NCBI GenBank assembly: GCA_038245905.1
Contig: JBBRRY010000017.1
Coordinates: 1-64,000, forward strand
Reading direction: 5' to 3'
From: Thermoanaerobaculia bacterium
GTDB lineage: Bacteria; Acidobacteriota; Thermoanaerobaculia; UBA5066
Length of the DNA stretch: 64,000 bases
In this document: in pieces, positions 1 to 12,894 of the stretch
Position numbering within the stretch: position 1 is the stretch's first letter
Layout: the number at the start of each line of letters is the position of its first letter
Notes under the pieces: generated by a model
What the model was told of the DNA's origin: nothing
Database searches by the model: none
What the model saw: the letters and a program-made list of their open reading frames with translations, nothing else
Program-made: the position numbers and the translations under genes

Positions 1-138
1 AGCTCCTCGGGCGTCATCGTCACAACGAGGTCGGGCTGCTGCTCTCTGTCTCCACGCATCCCAACAAGGTGCTTCCGCACTTCGCTCTCGTCAAGACTTC
101 GAAAGCTAACTCATCCGACTTTTTCAGCAGCCTGCTAG
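1..138. mobile_element. Probable right end of an IS (IS5/IS1182-like) or derived MITE
   Basis: Ends in ...GACTTTTTCAGCAGCCTGCTAG, resembling from memory the CAGGCTGCTGAAAAA-type terminal inverted repeat with a CTAG target. It abuts the truncated P450. No transposase is visible in the window. Confidence 0.5.
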
Positions 139-531
139 CGCCCGTAAGCACGGGCCCGTCTTCAGGACGAAGATGTTCGGCCGTCCCACCGCGGTGATCA
201 CGGGGCCCGATGCGAGCGGCCTCATCATCGACGGGAGCCGCGTGCAGCGCGGGGGCGCGATGCCGGCGCACATCGAGACTCTGTTCGCCGGCCGCGGAGC
301 CTGCCCCTCCTGGATGGCGACGCCCACCGTGACCACGGGCCACAAGGTGCGGGCTTCGAGTTCGCGCCGCTCTTCTTGCAGGTCTTTCTCGCTGAGCTCA
401 CCCGCGGCTACGAGGTGTCGATCTCGCCGTCGCAGGACCTGAGCTACGACTGGAGCCGCGTGCCGCCCGAGCCGAAAGAAGGGCTTAGGGCGCGTGTCAC
501 GAGAAGGAACCTCAGTAGGCCCAGCTCTTGA
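139..531 (+). pseudogene. Cytochrome P450 remnant (frameshifted, large internal deletion)
   Basis: RKHGPVFRTKMFGRPTAVITGPDA (P450 N-terminal strand), then after a frameshift LPLLDGDAHR, then TTGHK/[C]AGFEFAPLFLQVFLAELTRGY...DLSYDWSRVPPEPKEGL, stop at 531. The heme Cys codon is broken by an apparent 1-nt deletion at about 347. Confidence 0.75.
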
Positions 532-565
532 GGCCTGCGGCGATCGCCGGTCGCGTCATGAATCT

Positions 566-997
566 CTAGGGCTTTGCGACGCGGAAGGCGAGCGTCTTGC
601 GGACGGCGCCGTCGACGGAGAGCTCGACCAGGTACGTTCCGGCCGGCCAGCCTTTCGCCGGCTTCGGACACGAAAAAGCGCCCATGTATTCGCCTTTCGC
701 CGAGAAGGTCGACTCGCTCTCGGTGATTTTTGTCTTCGCTTCGAGCCCTTCCACCTTCTCCGCGAACCACACCGCCTTCAACTTCGTTCCTTGAGCCGCA
801 TCCGCAACCTGGTAGACGGCGAAGATCCTGGGAAAATCAGAGGAGAAGACTGTCTGCTCGTTCCGCGAGTACTTGTCGGTCGTCACCATGGCGAGCTTGA
901 GATGGGGTCCGGCGGCGCGGGCGGCGGTTTCCTCGGATGCGGAGACCCCGGACGTCCAAAGTGCCGCCGTGAGCAGCAAGAGAGCGATCGACTTCAT
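566..997 (-). CDS. Secreted hypothetical protein
   Basis: Signal peptide MKSIALLLLTAALWTSGVSA after a purine-rich RBS; beta-rich body ending WPAGTYLVELSVDG. Confidence 0.75.
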   Translation of the reverse strand: MKSIALLLLTAALWTSGVSASEETAARAAGPHLKLAMVTTDKYSRNEQTVFSSDFPRIFAVYQVADAAQGTKLKAVWFAEKVEGLEAKTKITESESTFSAKGEYMGAFSCPKPAKGWPAGTYLVELSVDGAVRKTLAFRVAKP

Positions 998-1125
998 CTC
1001 TTCTTTCTCCCTTCCCGTCCCTTTCCAAAGGTGATGTAAGGGGCAACGAAGCAGCAAGATACAGGTGCATCAGGACGCGTGGTACGGGAGAGGCAGCGGA
1101 CGAGCGGATCTCGTAACATGCACAG

Positions 1126-2043
1126 ATGGACGGACTTCGCCTGCTCGACCTCCTCGAGAAGACGAGTCGCACGTTCGCCCTCTCGATCCCGCCGCTGCCG
1201 GAGCCGACCCGCCGGGAGGTCACGGTGGCCTATCTCCTCTTCCGGATCGCGGACACATTCGAGGACGCAACGCACTTTCCGCCGGAGGCCCGAATTCGTG
1301 CGCTTCGCGGCTTCATCGGCCTGCTCCGCGATCCCTCGCCCGCGGAAGCCGCGCGGCTCTCGGCGGAATGGACGGGTGCCGGTTGGGCCACACACGCCGG
1401 ATACGAGGAGCTCCTCGGAGAAGTCCCTCTCGTGCTGAGTGCCTACTCGACCCTTTCACCAGGAGCGCTCGATGCGATCCGGGGTCCCGTCGTCCGGTCT
1501 GCCGACGGCATGGCGAGCTTCGTCGCAAGGACGCGGGACGGGCGGCTCGCTCTTTCTTCTGTGGACGATCTGAGGGCCTACTGCTACGTCGTTGCGGGTC
1601 TGGTGGGGGAGATGCTGACAGAGCTCTTTCTCCTGGATCGGCCGCGGATGACGGACGTCGCACCGAATCTCCGGAAGCGCGCCTCTGCCTTTGGCGAAGG
1701 CCTGCAACTCGTTAATATCCTGAAGGATGCGGCCCGAGACGCTGCCGAAGGGCGCTCTTACCTGCCGGCGAGCGTTCCCGTCAAAGACGTCTTCACCCTC
1801 GCCCGGCACGACCTCGATTCAGCGGGGGAGTACATCGAAGCGCTCGAGCGGGTCCATGCTCCGCGCGGCATCCTGGAGTTCGCCGCTTTGCCGGTGGAGC
1901 TTGCCTGGGCGACGCTCGACCGGATCGAACGAAAGGGCCCTGGGGCGAAAGTTGGCCGGCCGGAGGTCTATCTCCTTGTCCGGAGGGTCCGGCAGGCGCT
2001 CGACGCGGGCGAATCTGTGGCCGCTCTCTGCAAGCGGCCTTGA
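1126..2043 (+). CDS. Squalene/phytoene synthase family protein
   Basis: SRTFAL, DTFED, YCYVVAGLVG and GLQLVNILKD motifs. Confidence 0.9.
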   Translation: MDGLRLLDLLEKTSRTFALSIPPLPEPTRREVTVAYLLFRIADTFEDATHFPPEARIRALRGFIGLLRDPSPAEAARLSAEWTGAGWATHAGYEELLGEVPLVLSAYSTLSPGALDAIRGPVVRSADGMASFVARTRDGRLALSSVDDLRAYCYVVAGLVGEMLTELFLLDRPRMTDVAPNLRKRASAFGEGLQLVNILKDAARDAAEGRSYLPASVPVKDVFTLARHDLDSAGEYIEALERVHAPRGILEFAALPVELAWATLDRIERKGPGAKVGRPEVYLLVRRVRQALDAGESVAALCKRP

Positions 2044-2059
2044 CGGAAGGGATTCCCGC

Positions 2060-2088
2060 TTGACAGCCTCCGGCTGGGTCTATATTCT
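2060..2088 (+). promoter_or_regulatory. Sigma70-type promoter of the str operon
   Basis: TTGACA (2060-2065), 17 nt, TATTCT (2083-2088) upstream of rpsL. Confidence 0.75.
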
Positions 2089-2201
2089 TCACCGGTTTCC
2101 CCGGGGACCGGCTCGGCTTCAATGTCGGGTCGCGCCTGGAGAAGGCGTCGACGTCCGGTTCTCTCATTTCTGCCGCCGTCTGAAGGAGTCTCGAAAGTCT
2201 C

Positions 2202-2576
2202 ATGCCGACGATCAGCCAGCTCGTGAGGAAGGGGCGCGACGCCGTCCGTTACAAGACGAAGTCGCCCGCTCTGCAGTCCTGCCCGCAGCGCAGGGGCGTC
2301 TGCACCCAGGTCAAGACGACGACGCCGAAGAAGCCGAACTCGGCGCTCCGCAAGATCGCCCGTGTGCGCCTCACGAACGGGATCGAGGTCACGACCTACA
2401 TCCCGGGTATTGGGCACAACCTCCAGGAGCACTCGATCGTCATGATCCGCGGGGGTCGCGTGAAGGACCTCCCGGGCGTGCGCTACCACATCATTCGCGG
2501 CACGCTCGACGCCGTCGGCGTCGCGAACCGCAAGCAGTCGCGCTCGAAGTACGGCGCCAAACGCCCGAAGGCTTAA
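2202..2576 (+). CDS. rpsL: 30S ribosomal protein S12
   Basis: [32 protein letters not shown]. Confidence 0.99.
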   Translation: MPTISQLVRKGRDAVRYKTKSPALQSCPQRRGVCTQVKTTTPKKPNSALRKIARVRLTNGIEVTTYIPGIGHNLQEHSIVMIRGGRVKDLPGVRYHIIRGTLDAVGVANRKQSRSKYGAKRPKA

Positions 2577-3056
<480 letters not shown>

Positions 3057-3085
3057 GACTGCACAGATCTTCGGGCGAGCGGAAA

Positions 3086-3221
3086 CCGGCCGGGCGGCGC
3101 TGAAAGGCGCGGAGCCGGACAGGTCCTCTCCAGAAACCCCGACACGCCTCACCGCGTGCGGAATTCCCCGGGCCGCGAACGTCGCTGCTGAAAGAGCTAG
3201 ACACGCAGGCCAGGGAAATTC
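3086..3221 (+). other. Putative structured RNA in the rpsG-fusA spacer
   Basis: Two GCTGAAAG-capped stem-loops (3086-3118 and 3161-3221) plus a small CACGC/GCGTG hairpin. Confidence 0.4.
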
Positions 3222-3257
3222 GACGGCGCAGACACCCCGGGACGGGAAAAACTCGTT

Positions 3258-5333
3258 ATGCCGAGAAATCATCCTCTCGATAAGTGCCGAAACATCGGCA
3301 TCATGGCCCACATCGACGCGGGTAAAACCACGACGACGGAGCGCGTGCTCTATTACACCGGGGTCAACTACAAGATCGGCGAGGTCCACGAAGGGACCGC
3401 GACGATGGACTGGATGGTTCAGGAGCAGGAGCGCGGCATCACGATCACGTCGGCCGCGACGACCTGCCACTGGAAGGGTATCCGCATCAACATCATCGAC
3501 ACCCCGGGTCACGTGGACTTCACGGCCGAGGTGGAGCGTTCGCTACGCGTCCTCGACGGCGCGGTGGCGGTTTTCGACGCCGTATCCGGGGTCGAGCCGC
3601 AATCCGAGACGGTCTGGCGCCAGGCCGACCGCTACGGGGTCCCGCGCCTCGCGTTCATTAACAAGATGGACCGCGTCGGGGCAGACTTCGACCGCTGTAT
3701 CGAGATGATGATCACGAAGCTCGGCGCCAAGCCGACGGCCGTGCAGATCCCCTGGGGCTCTGCCGAGACCCTGAGGGGCGTCATCGACCTCGTCGAGGGC
3801 AAGGCCTACGACTTCACGGACGACGCCCTCGGCGCGGAATTCGAGACCCTTGACGTCCCGGCCGACCACAAGGCCATGTACGACAAGTATCGCGAGCGCC
3901 TCATTGAGCTCCTCGCGGAGACCGACGACGCCCTGATGCAGAAGTTCATGGACGGCCACATCCCGACGCCGGCCGAGATGCGCGCCGCGCTCCGCAAGGC
4001 GACGTGCGCGGGCAAGCTCCATCCGGTCGTCTGCGGCTCGGCGTTCAAGAACAAGGGCGTCCAGCAGCTCCTCGACGCGGTCGTCGAGTACCTGCCATCA
4101 CCCCTCGACATCCCCGCCATCCGCGGCATCGACGAGGACGGGAAGGAAGTCGCTCTCGACACGAAGGACGAGGCCCCGTTCGCGGGTCTCGTGTTCAAGA
4201 TCATGACCGACCCCTTCGTGGGGCAGCTGGCCTTCTTCCGCCTCTATGCGGGCCACCTCGATGCCGGTTCGGGCGTCTACAACTCCACGAAGCAGACGAA
4301 CGAGCGGATCGGCCGGCTTCTCAAGATGCACGCGAACAAGCGCGAAGAGATCAAGGAAGTCTGGGCGGGCGACATCGCCGCGGCGGTCGGCCTCAAGAAC
4401 GTCACGACGGGCGACACGATCTGCGACCGCGACCACATCGTCGTCCTCGAGTCGATGAAGTTTCCCGAGCCCGTGATCACGCTCGCGATCGAGCCGAAGA
4501 CGAAAGCCGACCAGGAAAAGATGGGCATGGCGCTCGCCAAGCTCATGCAGGAAGACCCCACGTTCCGCGTCCACACGGACAAGGAGACGAACCAGACGAT
4601 CATCGCCGGGATGGGCGAGCTCCATCTCGAGATCATCGTCGACCGCATGGTGCGCGAGTTCAACGTCGGCGCGAACGTCGGCAAGCCCCAGGTCGCGTAC
4701 CGCGAGACGATTCGCAAGGACGTCGCCGGCGAAGGCAAGTTCATCCGCCAGTCGGGCGGGAAGGGGCAATACGGCCACGCCAAGATCCGCCTGCGCCCGC
4801 ATCCCGAGGGCAAGGACTACGAGTTCGTGAACGGCATCTCGGGCGGCTCGATCCCCAAGGAGTTCATCAAGCCGATCGACCAGGGCATCCGAGAGGCGAT
4901 TCTCACGGGCGTCCTCGCCGGCTACCCGACGGTGAACATCCAGGTCGAGCTGTACGACGGCTCGTACCACGACGTCGACTCGTCGGAAATGGCCTTCAAG
5001 ATCGCCGGCTCCATGGCGTTCCAGGACGCCGCCAAGAAGGCGAATCCGGTCATACTCGAGCCGATGATGGCCGTCGAGGTCGTCACGCCCGACGAATTCC
5101 TCGGGCCCGTGAACGGCGACCTCAGCTCGCGCCGCGGCCGCATCAACCACATGGAGCCCCGCGTGAACTTCCAGGTCATCACGGCGAGCGTCCCGCTCTC
5201 GGAAATGTTCGGTTACGCGACCACGCTCCGGTCCCTCACGCAGGGCCGGGCCAACTACTCGATGCAGTTCGAAAGATACGACGAGGTTCCGAAGGCGATC
5301 GCCGAGGGAATCATTGCCAAGGTTTCGGTCTAA
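3258..5333 (+). CDS. fusA: Elongation factor G
   Basis: [24 protein letters not shown]. Confidence 0.99.
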   Translation: MPRNHPLDKCRNIGIMAHIDAGKTTTTERVLYYTGVNYKIGEVHEGTATMDWMVQEQERGITITSAATTCHWKGIRINIIDTPGHVDFTAEVERSLRVLDGAVAVFDAVSGVEPQSETVWRQADRYGVPRLAFINKMDRVGADFDRCIEMMITKLGAKPTAVQIPWGSAETLRGVIDLVEGKAYDFTDDALGAEFETLDVPADHKAMYDKYRERLIELLAETDDALMQKFMDGHIPTPAEMRAALRKATCAGKLHPVVCGSAFKNKGVQQLLDAVVEYLPSPLDIPAIRGIDEDGKEVALDTKDEAPFAGLVFKIMTDPFVGQLAFFRLYAGHLDAGSGVYNSTKQTNERIGRLLKMHANKREEIKEVWAGDIAAAVGLKNVTTGDTICDRDHIVVLESMKFPEPVITLAIEPKTKADQEKMGMALAKLMQEDPTFRVHTDKETNQTIIAGMGELHLEIIVDRMVREFNVGANVGKPQVAYRETIRKDVAGEGKFIRQSGGKGQYGHAKIRLRPHPEGKDYEFVNGISGGSIPKEFIKPIDQGIREAILTGVLAGYPTVNIQVELYDGSYHDVDSSEMAFKIAGSMAFQDAAKKANPVILEPMMAVEVVTPDEFLGPVNGDLSSRRGRINHMEPRVNFQVITASVPLSEMFGYATTLRSLTQGRANYSMQFERYDEVPKAIAEGIIAKVSV

Positions 5334-5371
5334 GACTCTTCGTTCAAGGAAGCGCAGAAGGAGATATCGCG

Positions 5372-6574
<1,203 letters not shown>

Positions 6575-6586
6575 GCCGGGGAACAA

Positions 6587-6904
6587 ATGGCCAACGACAG
6601 AATCCGCATCCGCCTCAAGGCTTATGACTATCGGATCCTCGACCAGTCGACGACGGAAATCGTCGACACGGCGCGGCGTTCGGGCGCGAAGGTCGCGGGG
6701 CCGATCCCGCTTCCGACGACGATCGCGCGCTGGACCGTGAACCGTTCGCCGCACGTCGACAAGAAATCGCGCGAGCAGTTCGAGATGCGGACACACAAGC
6801 GCCTTCTCGATATTTTCGAGTGGACGCCGCAGACAGTCGACGCGCTCACGAAGCTGGAGCTCCCGGCGGGCGTCGAAGTCGAGATCCGGACGATGGGTAA
6901 GTAG
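6587..6904 (+). CDS. rpsJ: 30S ribosomal protein S10
   Basis: [29 protein letters not shown]. Confidence 0.99.
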   Translation: MANDRIRIRLKAYDYRILDQSTTEIVDTARRSGAKVAGPIPLPTTIARWTVNRSPHVDKKSREQFEMRTHKRLLDIFEWTPQTVDALTKLELPAGVEVEIRTMGK

Positions 6905-6931
6905 GAATTCGGACGCGGCGAGGAAAGAAAC

Positions 6932-7576
6932 ATGATCAACGGAATTCTGGGACGCAAGATCGGGATGACCCAGGTCTTCGAGGCGGACGGCACGGTCGTG
7001 CCGGTCACCGTCGTCGAAGCCGGGCCCTGCCTGGTCGTCCAGCGCAAGACGAAGGACAACGACGGATACGACGCTGTTCAGCTCGGGCTGGTCGGGCGCG
7101 TCTCGCCGCGGCGCCTCACGGCTCCCGCGAAGGGTCATTTCGAAAAGGCGGGTGTGCCGCCGACGAAGACCCTGGGCGAGGTGCGCTGCGACGCGGACGA
7201 GAAGGCGGCTCCGGGCGACAAGGTGCTCTGCGACATCTTCGCGGAAAAGGAACACGTCGACGTGGTCGGCGTCTCCAAGGGCAAGGGGTTTCAGGGCGTC
7301 ATGAAGCGCCACGGCTTCGCCGGTGGCGGGGCGACGCACGGCTCGATGTTCCACCGGGCCCCGGGCTCGATCGGACCGTCGGCGTTTCCGTCCCGCGTCT
7401 ATCCCGGCACGCGGATGTCGGGACGCATGGGTGGCAAGCAGACGACGATGAAGAACCTCGTCGTCGTCCGGGTGGATGCGGAAAACCATCTGCTTTATCT
7501 CCGGGGAGCGGTTCCGGGCGCGCGAAACACGGTTGTGAAGATCGTGAAGAAGCTGTCCCGGAAACCGGCGGAGTAA
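6932..7576 (+). CDS. rplC: 50S ribosomal protein L3
   Basis: [23 protein letters not shown]. Confidence 0.99.
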   Translation: MINGILGRKIGMTQVFEADGTVVPVTVVEAGPCLVVQRKTKDNDGYDAVQLGLVGRVSPRRLTAPAKGHFEKAGVPPTKTLGEVRCDADEKAAPGDKVLCDIFAEKEHVDVVGVSKGKGFQGVMKRHGFAGGGATHGSMFHRAPGSIGPSAFPSRVYPGTRMSGRMGGKQTTMKNLVVVRVDAENHLLYLRGAVPGARNTVVKIVKKLSRKPAE

Positions 7577-7583
7577 GGGGACG

Positions 7584-8342
7584 ATGATGGCAACGACCAA
7601 GAAGACGCCTGCCGGAAAAGCGCCTCAGACCCGGAAGCCGGGGGCGGCTCCGGCGAAGACCCACGTCGCGAAGGCCGGCGCCGCGAAGGCGGCCGCCCCG
7701 AGGACGGGCGACGCCGCGTCGCTGACGCTTCCGCTGCGCAACCTCAAGGCCGAGAAGGTCGGTGAGGTCACGCTGCCCGAGGAGATTTTCGGCGTGCCGT
7801 TCCGCCGCCACCTCGTGTGGGAGGTCGTCAAACAGATCCGGGCGCGCGAGCACCGGGGCACGCACAAGACGAAGGTTCGCTCCGAGGTTTCGGGCTCAGG
7901 CAAGAAGCCGTTCAAGCAGAAGGGCACCGGCCGCGCGCGTCAGGGCGGCGGACGCCCGCCGATCCACCGTCACGGCGGCACGGTGTTCGGGCCAAGACCG
8001 CATTCGTACGACCTGAAGGTCAACGCGAAGGCGAAGAAGGCGGCTCTCTGCTGCGTTCTCTCCGAGAAGGCGCGCGGAAACCAGGTGGTCCTCCTCGACA
8101 CGCTCCAGCTCGGCAGCCACAAGACGAAGGACTTCGCGGGCGTGCTCGCGAAGCTCGGCATCCAAGGGAAGGCGCTCATCCTCGACCGGAAGGCCAACCT
8201 CAACCTGTCCCGCGCCGCCGCGAACAACCCGAAGGTCGTCGCCCTCGACGTCCTCGGCCTCAACGTCTACGACGCGCTGAACGCCGGCACGCTCGTCTTC
8301 TCCGAAGACGCGCTTCGGACGGCCATCGAGGTGCTCGCATGA
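7584..8342 (+). CDS. rplD: 50S ribosomal protein L4, Lys/Ala-rich N-terminal extension
   Basis: RSEVSGSGKKPFKQKGTGRARQG. Confidence 0.98.
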   Translation: MMATTKKTPAGKAPQTRKPGAAPAKTHVAKAGAAKAAAPRTGDAASLTLPLRNLKAEKVGEVTLPEEIFGVPFRRHLVWEVVKQIRAREHRGTHKTKVRSEVSGSGKKPFKQKGTGRARQGGGRPPIHRHGGTVFGPRPHSYDLKVNAKAKKAALCCVLSEKARGNQVVLLDTLQLGSHKTKDFAGVLAKLGIQGKALILDRKANLNLSRAAANNPKVVALDVLGLNVYDALNAGTLVFSEDALRTAIEVLA

Positions 8343-8638
8343 GCGAGAGAACGATGCAGTCCGTTCTCGTGCGCCCCGTCCTCACGGAGCGCTCCACGGC
8401 CATGAGCCAGGCGCAGAACGTCCTCACGTTCGACGTCGCCCGGGACGCGAACAAGATCCAGATCCGCAAAGCCGTCGAGGCCCTCTTCCAGGTCAAGGTC
8501 GACGCCGTCCGCGTCGTCGCCGTGTCCGGGAAGATCAAGAAGGTCGGAAAGTCGATCGGCCGGGCCCAGGACCGAAAGAAGGCCTACGTGAAGCTGGCGA
8601 AGGGCCAGAAGCTTCCGGCCCTCTTCGAAGGGGTGTAA
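8339..8638 (+). CDS. rplW: 50S ribosomal protein L23
   Basis: ATGA overlap with rplD; PVLTERS, ANKIQIRKAVE, KKAYVKL. Confidence 0.97.
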   Translation: MSERTMQSVLVRPVLTERSTAMSQAQNVLTFDVARDANKIQIRKAVEALFQVKVDAVRVVAVSGKIKKVGKSIGRAQDRKKAYVKLAKGQKLPALFEGV

Positions 8639-8644
8639 CGCACC

Positions 8645-9466
8645 ATGCCCGTAAAGTCATACAAACCCACGTCTCCCGGTCTCCGTCAGCGGACCACGTC
8701 CGACTTCTCGGAGATCACGAAGACCGGACCCGAGAAGTCGCTCACGAAGGGCAAGCTCAAGACCGGCGGCCGCGACAGCCGCGGCCATCTCACGTCCTGG
8801 TGGCGCGGCGGCGGACACAAGAAGCGCTACCGAACGATCGATTTCAAGCGCGACAAGCACGACATCCCGGCGAAGGTCGCTTCGGTCGAGTACGACCCGA
8901 ACCGGTCCGCACACATCGCCCTTCTGAACTACGCGGACGGCGAGAAGCGTTACATCGTGGCGCCCTCGGGCCTCAAAGTCGGCCAGACGATCGTCTCCGG
9001 CGCCGCCGTCGACATCGTCGTCGGGAACGCGCTTCCGCTCAAGGCGATCCCGCTCGGCACCGTCGTGCATAACATCGAGTTCAAGCCGGGCCGCGGCGGA
9101 CAGATGGCGCGGTCGGCGGGAGCCGGGGCGCAGCTCATGGCGAAGGAGGGCGTATACGCCCTTCTCCGCGTTCCGTCGGGCGAGCTCCGCCGCGTCCGCG
9201 TCGACTGTTACGCCACGATCGGACAGGTTGGAAACCTCGAGCACGAGAACATCTCCATCGGCAAGGCCGGCCGCAATCGCTGGCTCGGCTGGAAGCCGCA
9301 CAACCGCGGTGTCGCGATGAACCCGGTCGACCACCCGATGGGTGGCGGCGAGGGCAAGACTTCGGGCGGACGCCATCCAACCTCGCCGTGGGGCTGGAAG
9401 ACGAAGGGTAAGAAGACGCGCAACAACAAGCGGACCGACGCCTTGATCGTCAAGCGCCGCAAGTAG
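8645..9466 (+). CDS. rplB: 50S ribosomal protein L2
   Basis: [29 protein letters not shown]. Confidence 0.99.
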   Translation: MPVKSYKPTSPGLRQRTTSDFSEITKTGPEKSLTKGKLKTGGRDSRGHLTSWWRGGGHKKRYRTIDFKRDKHDIPAKVASVEYDPNRSAHIALLNYADGEKRYIVAPSGLKVGQTIVSGAAVDIVVGNALPLKAIPLGTVVHNIEFKPGRGGQMARSAGAGAQLMAKEGVYALLRVPSGELRRVRVDCYATIGQVGNLEHENISIGKAGRNRWLGWKPHNRGVAMNPVDHPMGGGEGKTSGGRHPTSPWGWKTKGKKTRNNKRTDALIVKRRK

Positions 9467-9481
9467 GATTCGAGGAAACAC

Positions 9482-9823
<342 letters not shown>

Positions 9824-9832
9824 GGAACGCCG

Positions 9833-10495
9833 ATGGAAGCCGTCGCACGTCTCCGCCACTACCGAGGCTCGGCCCAGAAGGTCCGCCTCGTCGCCGATCT
9901 AATCCGGATGAAGCCGGTCGGGAAAGCGCTCGCGACTCTGCGCACCACGCGAAAGAGCTGCTCGTCCGATCTCCAGAAGCTCGTCGAGTCCGCGCTCGCG
10001 AACGCCCAGCAGAACGAGTCCGGCGTCGACGCGGACGCGCTCGTCGTCGCGAAGATCCAGGTCGACGAGGCCGGACGCAAGCCTCTGCAGCGCAATTCGA
10101 TGATCCGCTCGGTCTCGAACTACAAGAAGCGCTTCGCGCGCCCACGCTTCATGAGCGGCCCCCAGGGCCGCATGTGGCTCGTGCCGCGCCCGTTCTGCCA
10201 CGTGACGGTCATCCTGTCGGATGCGGCCGCCGCGCGGAAGGAAGCGGGCCTCAAGGCCGAGGCGCCGAAGCCGCTCGTCAAGAAGCGCCAGGGTCGCGTC
10301 GCGGCCGCGGTCTCCGCCGCCGCACACCGCCCCGGCAAGGAGAACCGCGCGGTCGAGCGGGCGCACAAAAAGGTGGCGTCCGACGAGAAGCGCGCCGAGC
10401 GCGTGGAGGCCGCCGAGGCGAGCCACGCCGGGGACAAGAACGAGCACAACGAGAAGAAGTCGAAGAAGCCGGCGAAGCCGGAATCGGCCGGGTAA
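9833..10495 (+). CDS. rplV: 50S ribosomal protein L22 with hairpin insertion and long C-terminal tail
   Basis: SAQKVRLVADLIR, SALANA, HVTVIL; located between rpsS and rpsC. Confidence 0.95.
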   Translation: MEAVARLRHYRGSAQKVRLVADLIRMKPVGKALATLRTTRKSCSSDLQKLVESALANAQQNESGVDADALVVAKIQVDEAGRKPLQRNSMIRSVSNYKKRFARPRFMSGPQGRMWLVPRPFCHVTVILSDAAAARKEAGLKAEAPKPLVKKRQGRVAAAVSAAAHRPGKENRAVERAHKKVASDEKRAERVEAAEASHAGDKNEHNEKKSKKPAKPESAG

Positions 10496-10507
10496 CGGGA
10501 GAACACG

Positions 10508-11155
10508 ATGGGTCAGAAAGTCCACCCTTACGGTTTCCGCATCGGCTACAACCGCACCTGGCACTCGCGCTGGTATGCCGAGAAGGACTACCTCAAGTTC
10601 CTGCACGACGACATCAAGCTCCGTGAGGAGCTCAAGCGGGACCTGGTGAACGCGGCTGTCTCGGAGATCGAGATCGAGCGCGGGAACAAACTGAAGATCA
10701 ACATCATGACCGCCCGTCCCGGCGTCATCATCGGGAAGAAGGGCGCGTCCGTGGACCAGCTGCGCGACCGCCTGCAGCAGCGGCTCGGCAAGGACATCCA
10801 CGTCAACATCGTCGAGATCCAGCGTCCCGAGACCGACGCGCAGCTCGTCGCCGAGTCGATCGCGATGCAGCTCGAGCGCCGCGTTGCGTTCCGCCGCGCG
10901 ATGAAGAAGGGCATGGAGTCCGCGTTCCGCTTCGGCGCGCAGGGAATCAAGATCCGATGCGGCGGCCGCTTGAACGGCGCCGAGATCGCGCGCTCGGAGT
11001 GGTACCAGGAGGGTCGCCTCCCGCTCCACACGCTCAAGGCCGATATCGACTACGGATTCGCCGAGGCGCGCACGACGTACGGAAAGATCGGCGTCAAGTG
11101 CTGGATCTACAAGGGTGACCTCCACCGCGCCAAGAGTCGCCGGAAGGTCGCGTAA
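10508..11155 (+). CDS. rpsC: 30S ribosomal protein S3
   Basis: [25 protein letters not shown]. Confidence 0.99.
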   Translation: MGQKVHPYGFRIGYNRTWHSRWYAEKDYLKFLHDDIKLREELKRDLVNAAVSEIEIERGNKLKINIMTARPGVIIGKKGASVDQLRDRLQQRLGKDIHVNIVEIQRPETDAQLVAESIAMQLERRVAFRRAMKKGMESAFRFGAQGIKIRCGGRLNGAEIARSEWYQEGRLPLHTLKADIDYGFAEARTTYGKIGVKCWIYKGDLHRAKSRRKVA

Positions 11156-11167
11156 GGAACAACGCTG

Positions 11168-11593
11168 ATGTTGATGCCGTCGAAGGTCAAGTACAGGAAG
11201 CAGCAGAGAGGCCGCATGCGCGGAACTGCGTACAAGGGCTCGGAGCTCTCGTTCGGGGAGTACGGGCTGCAGGCGCTCGAGCCGGGCTGGCTCACGGCGC
11301 GCCAGATCGAGGCTGCCCGCGTAGCGGTCCAGCGCCACGTGAAGCGCGGCGGGAAGCTCTGGATCCGCGTCTTCCCCGACAAGCCGATCACGAAGAAGCC
11401 CGCGGAAACACGCATGGGTAAGGGCAAGGGCGCACCCGAAGGCTGGGTCTGCGTCATCAAGCCGGCCCGGATCATGTTCGAGATGGAAGGCGTCGACGAG
11501 AAGACGGCGCGCGAAGCATTCGGCCTCGCGGGGGACAAGATCGGGATCAAGACCCGGTTCGTCTCGCGCACTTTCCTCGCGGCGGTGAGGTAA
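11168..11593 (+). CDS. rplP: 50S ribosomal protein L16
   Basis: [22 protein letters not shown]. Confidence 0.99.
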   Translation: MLMPSKVKYRKQQRGRMRGTAYKGSELSFGEYGLQALEPGWLTARQIEAARVAVQRHVKRGGKLWIRVFPDKPITKKPAETRMGKGKGAPEGWVCVIKPARIMFEMEGVDEKTAREAFGLAGDKIGIKTRFVSRTFLAAVR

Positions 11594-11597
11594 GCGC

Positions 11598-12083
11598 ATG
11601 ACGATGAAGATCCAGGCCATGCTCGACTGGTCTCCCGAGGAGAAGGCGGCGAAGGCGAAGGAGTGGGCCCAGTCCCTCTTCACGCTCCGTCTCCAGAAGG
11701 CCACGGGACAGCTCGAAAATCCGATGAAGATCAAGGAGCTTCGAAAAGACATCGCTCGCCTCAAGACCGCGCAGCACATGGGCGCCGTCGAGACGGCGGC
11801 GGCGGCGGCTCACGAAGTTGCGCCCCATTCGGAGGGGACCGAAGAGAAGAGCTCTGCGAATGTGAAGAGCGCGGTGGGAACGGCGAAGCACAAGGGCCAC
11901 GCGGTCGCGTCCGGCAAGGGCGCGAAGAAGCGCGCTGCGGCTGCGAAGGCGACACACAAGAAGGCGGCCGGCGCCCCTGCGAAGGCTCATTCACCTTCTA
12001 AGAAATCTTCATCTCCGAAAGGCAAGCCCGCTGCTGCCTCGAAGAGCAAGTCCGCCCCCGCGAAGAAAAGCAAAAAGAAGTAG
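11598..12083 (+). CDS. rpmC: 50S ribosomal protein L29 with about 100-aa Lys/Ala-rich tail
   Basis: [31 protein letters not shown]; operon position. Confidence 0.95.
   Translation: MTMKIQAMLDWSPEEKAAKAKEWAQSLFTLRLQKATGQLENPMKIKELRKDIARLKTAQHMGAVETAAAAAHEVAPHSEGTEEKSSANVKSAVGTAKHKGHAVASGKGAKKRAAAAKATHKKAAGAPAKAHSPSKKSSSPKGKPAAASKSKSAPAKKSKKK
11841..12010. repeat. Dispersed motif, inverted pair in rpmC
   Basis: Degenerate reverse copy GAAGAGAAGAGCTCTGCGAATGTGAAGAG (11841-11869); forward TCACCTTCTAAGAAATCTTC (11991-12010). Confidence 0.65.
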
Positions 12084-12099
12084 TTCGTAACAGGAAGCA

Positions 12100-12522
12100 G
12101 TGAGCACGATCATGAGCAGCACCCCGAATCCCCAGCCGACGCCGGCGGCCGGCGCGTCCGCGGCCGACCAGCCGCGGCGCACCCGCAAGATCGGGATCGT
12201 CGTCTCGAACAAGATGGAGAAGACGGTCGTCGTCGAGGTTTCGCGCACCGTCAAGCACGAGCGCTACGGCCGCTACCAGAAGAAGTCCGCGCGCTTCCTG
12301 GCGGACGACCGTGTTCTCAAGGCGCTGCCCGGCGACACGGTTCAGATCGAGGAGACGCGTCCGCTGTCGGCCCGCAAGCGCTGGCGGGTGATCACGATCG
12401 TGACGAGGGGCCGCCAGGCGGTTTCCGACACGGCCGACGTTCCGGGCAGTGCGAAGAAGATCGCGCCGAAGTCGGTCCCCGATAAGAAGCTGGCGGGTAA
12501 GCCGGCGAAGAGGCAGTCATGA
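12100..12522 (+). CDS. rpsQ: 30S ribosomal protein S17 with terminal extensions
   Basis: [25 protein letters not shown]; the start may be 12112. Confidence 0.97.
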   Translation: MSTIMSSTPNPQPTPAAGASAADQPRRTRKIGIVVSNKMEKTVVVEVSRTVKHERYGRYQKKSARFLADDRVLKALPGDTVQIEETRPLSARKRWRVITIVTRGRQAVSDTADVPGSAKKIAPKSVPDKKLAGKPAKRQS

Positions 12523-12893
12523 TCCAGATGGGGACGATTCTCGAAGTCGCCGACAACTCGGGTGCCCGCCGGCTCTTCTGCATCAAGGTGCAGGGCGGGT
12601 CGACCGGCGACTACGGCCGCATCGGCGACGTCATCACCTGCTCGGTGAAGGAGTCGAATCCCGACGCGCCGGACACGGTCAAGAAGGGCAAGGTCGTCAA
12701 AGCCGTCATCGTGCGCACGGTTCGCGAGCAGCGGCGCCGCGACGGCAGCTACATCAAGTTCGACACGAACGCCGCCGTCCTCGTCAACGCCGAAAAAGAG
12801 CCGATCGGAACCCGTGTGTTCGGGCCGGTCGCTCGTGAGCTCCGCGAGAAGAAATTCATGAAGATCATCTCGCTGGCTCCGGAAGTCATCTGA
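12519..12893 (+). CDS. rplN: 50S ribosomal protein L14
   Basis: [27 protein letters not shown]. Confidence 0.99.
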   Translation: MIQMGTILEVADNSGARRLFCIKVQGGSTGDYGRIGDVITCSVKESNPDAPDTVKKGKVVKAVIVRTVREQRRRDGSYIKFDTNAAVLVNAEKEPIGTRVFGPVARELREKKFMKIISLAPEVI

Positions 12894-12894
12894 C

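Noticed and set aside
998-1043. Pyrimidine/purine tract upstream of the secreted protein as another motif copy
   Set aside because: Only partial similarity (TTTCCAAAGGTGATG) with no TTC-N3-GAA core; it doubles as the RBS region.
4004-5371. Apparent 456-aa N-terminal extension of EF-Tu
   Set aside because: It overlaps fusA in another frame; the true start is ATG 5372 with an AAGGAG RBS.
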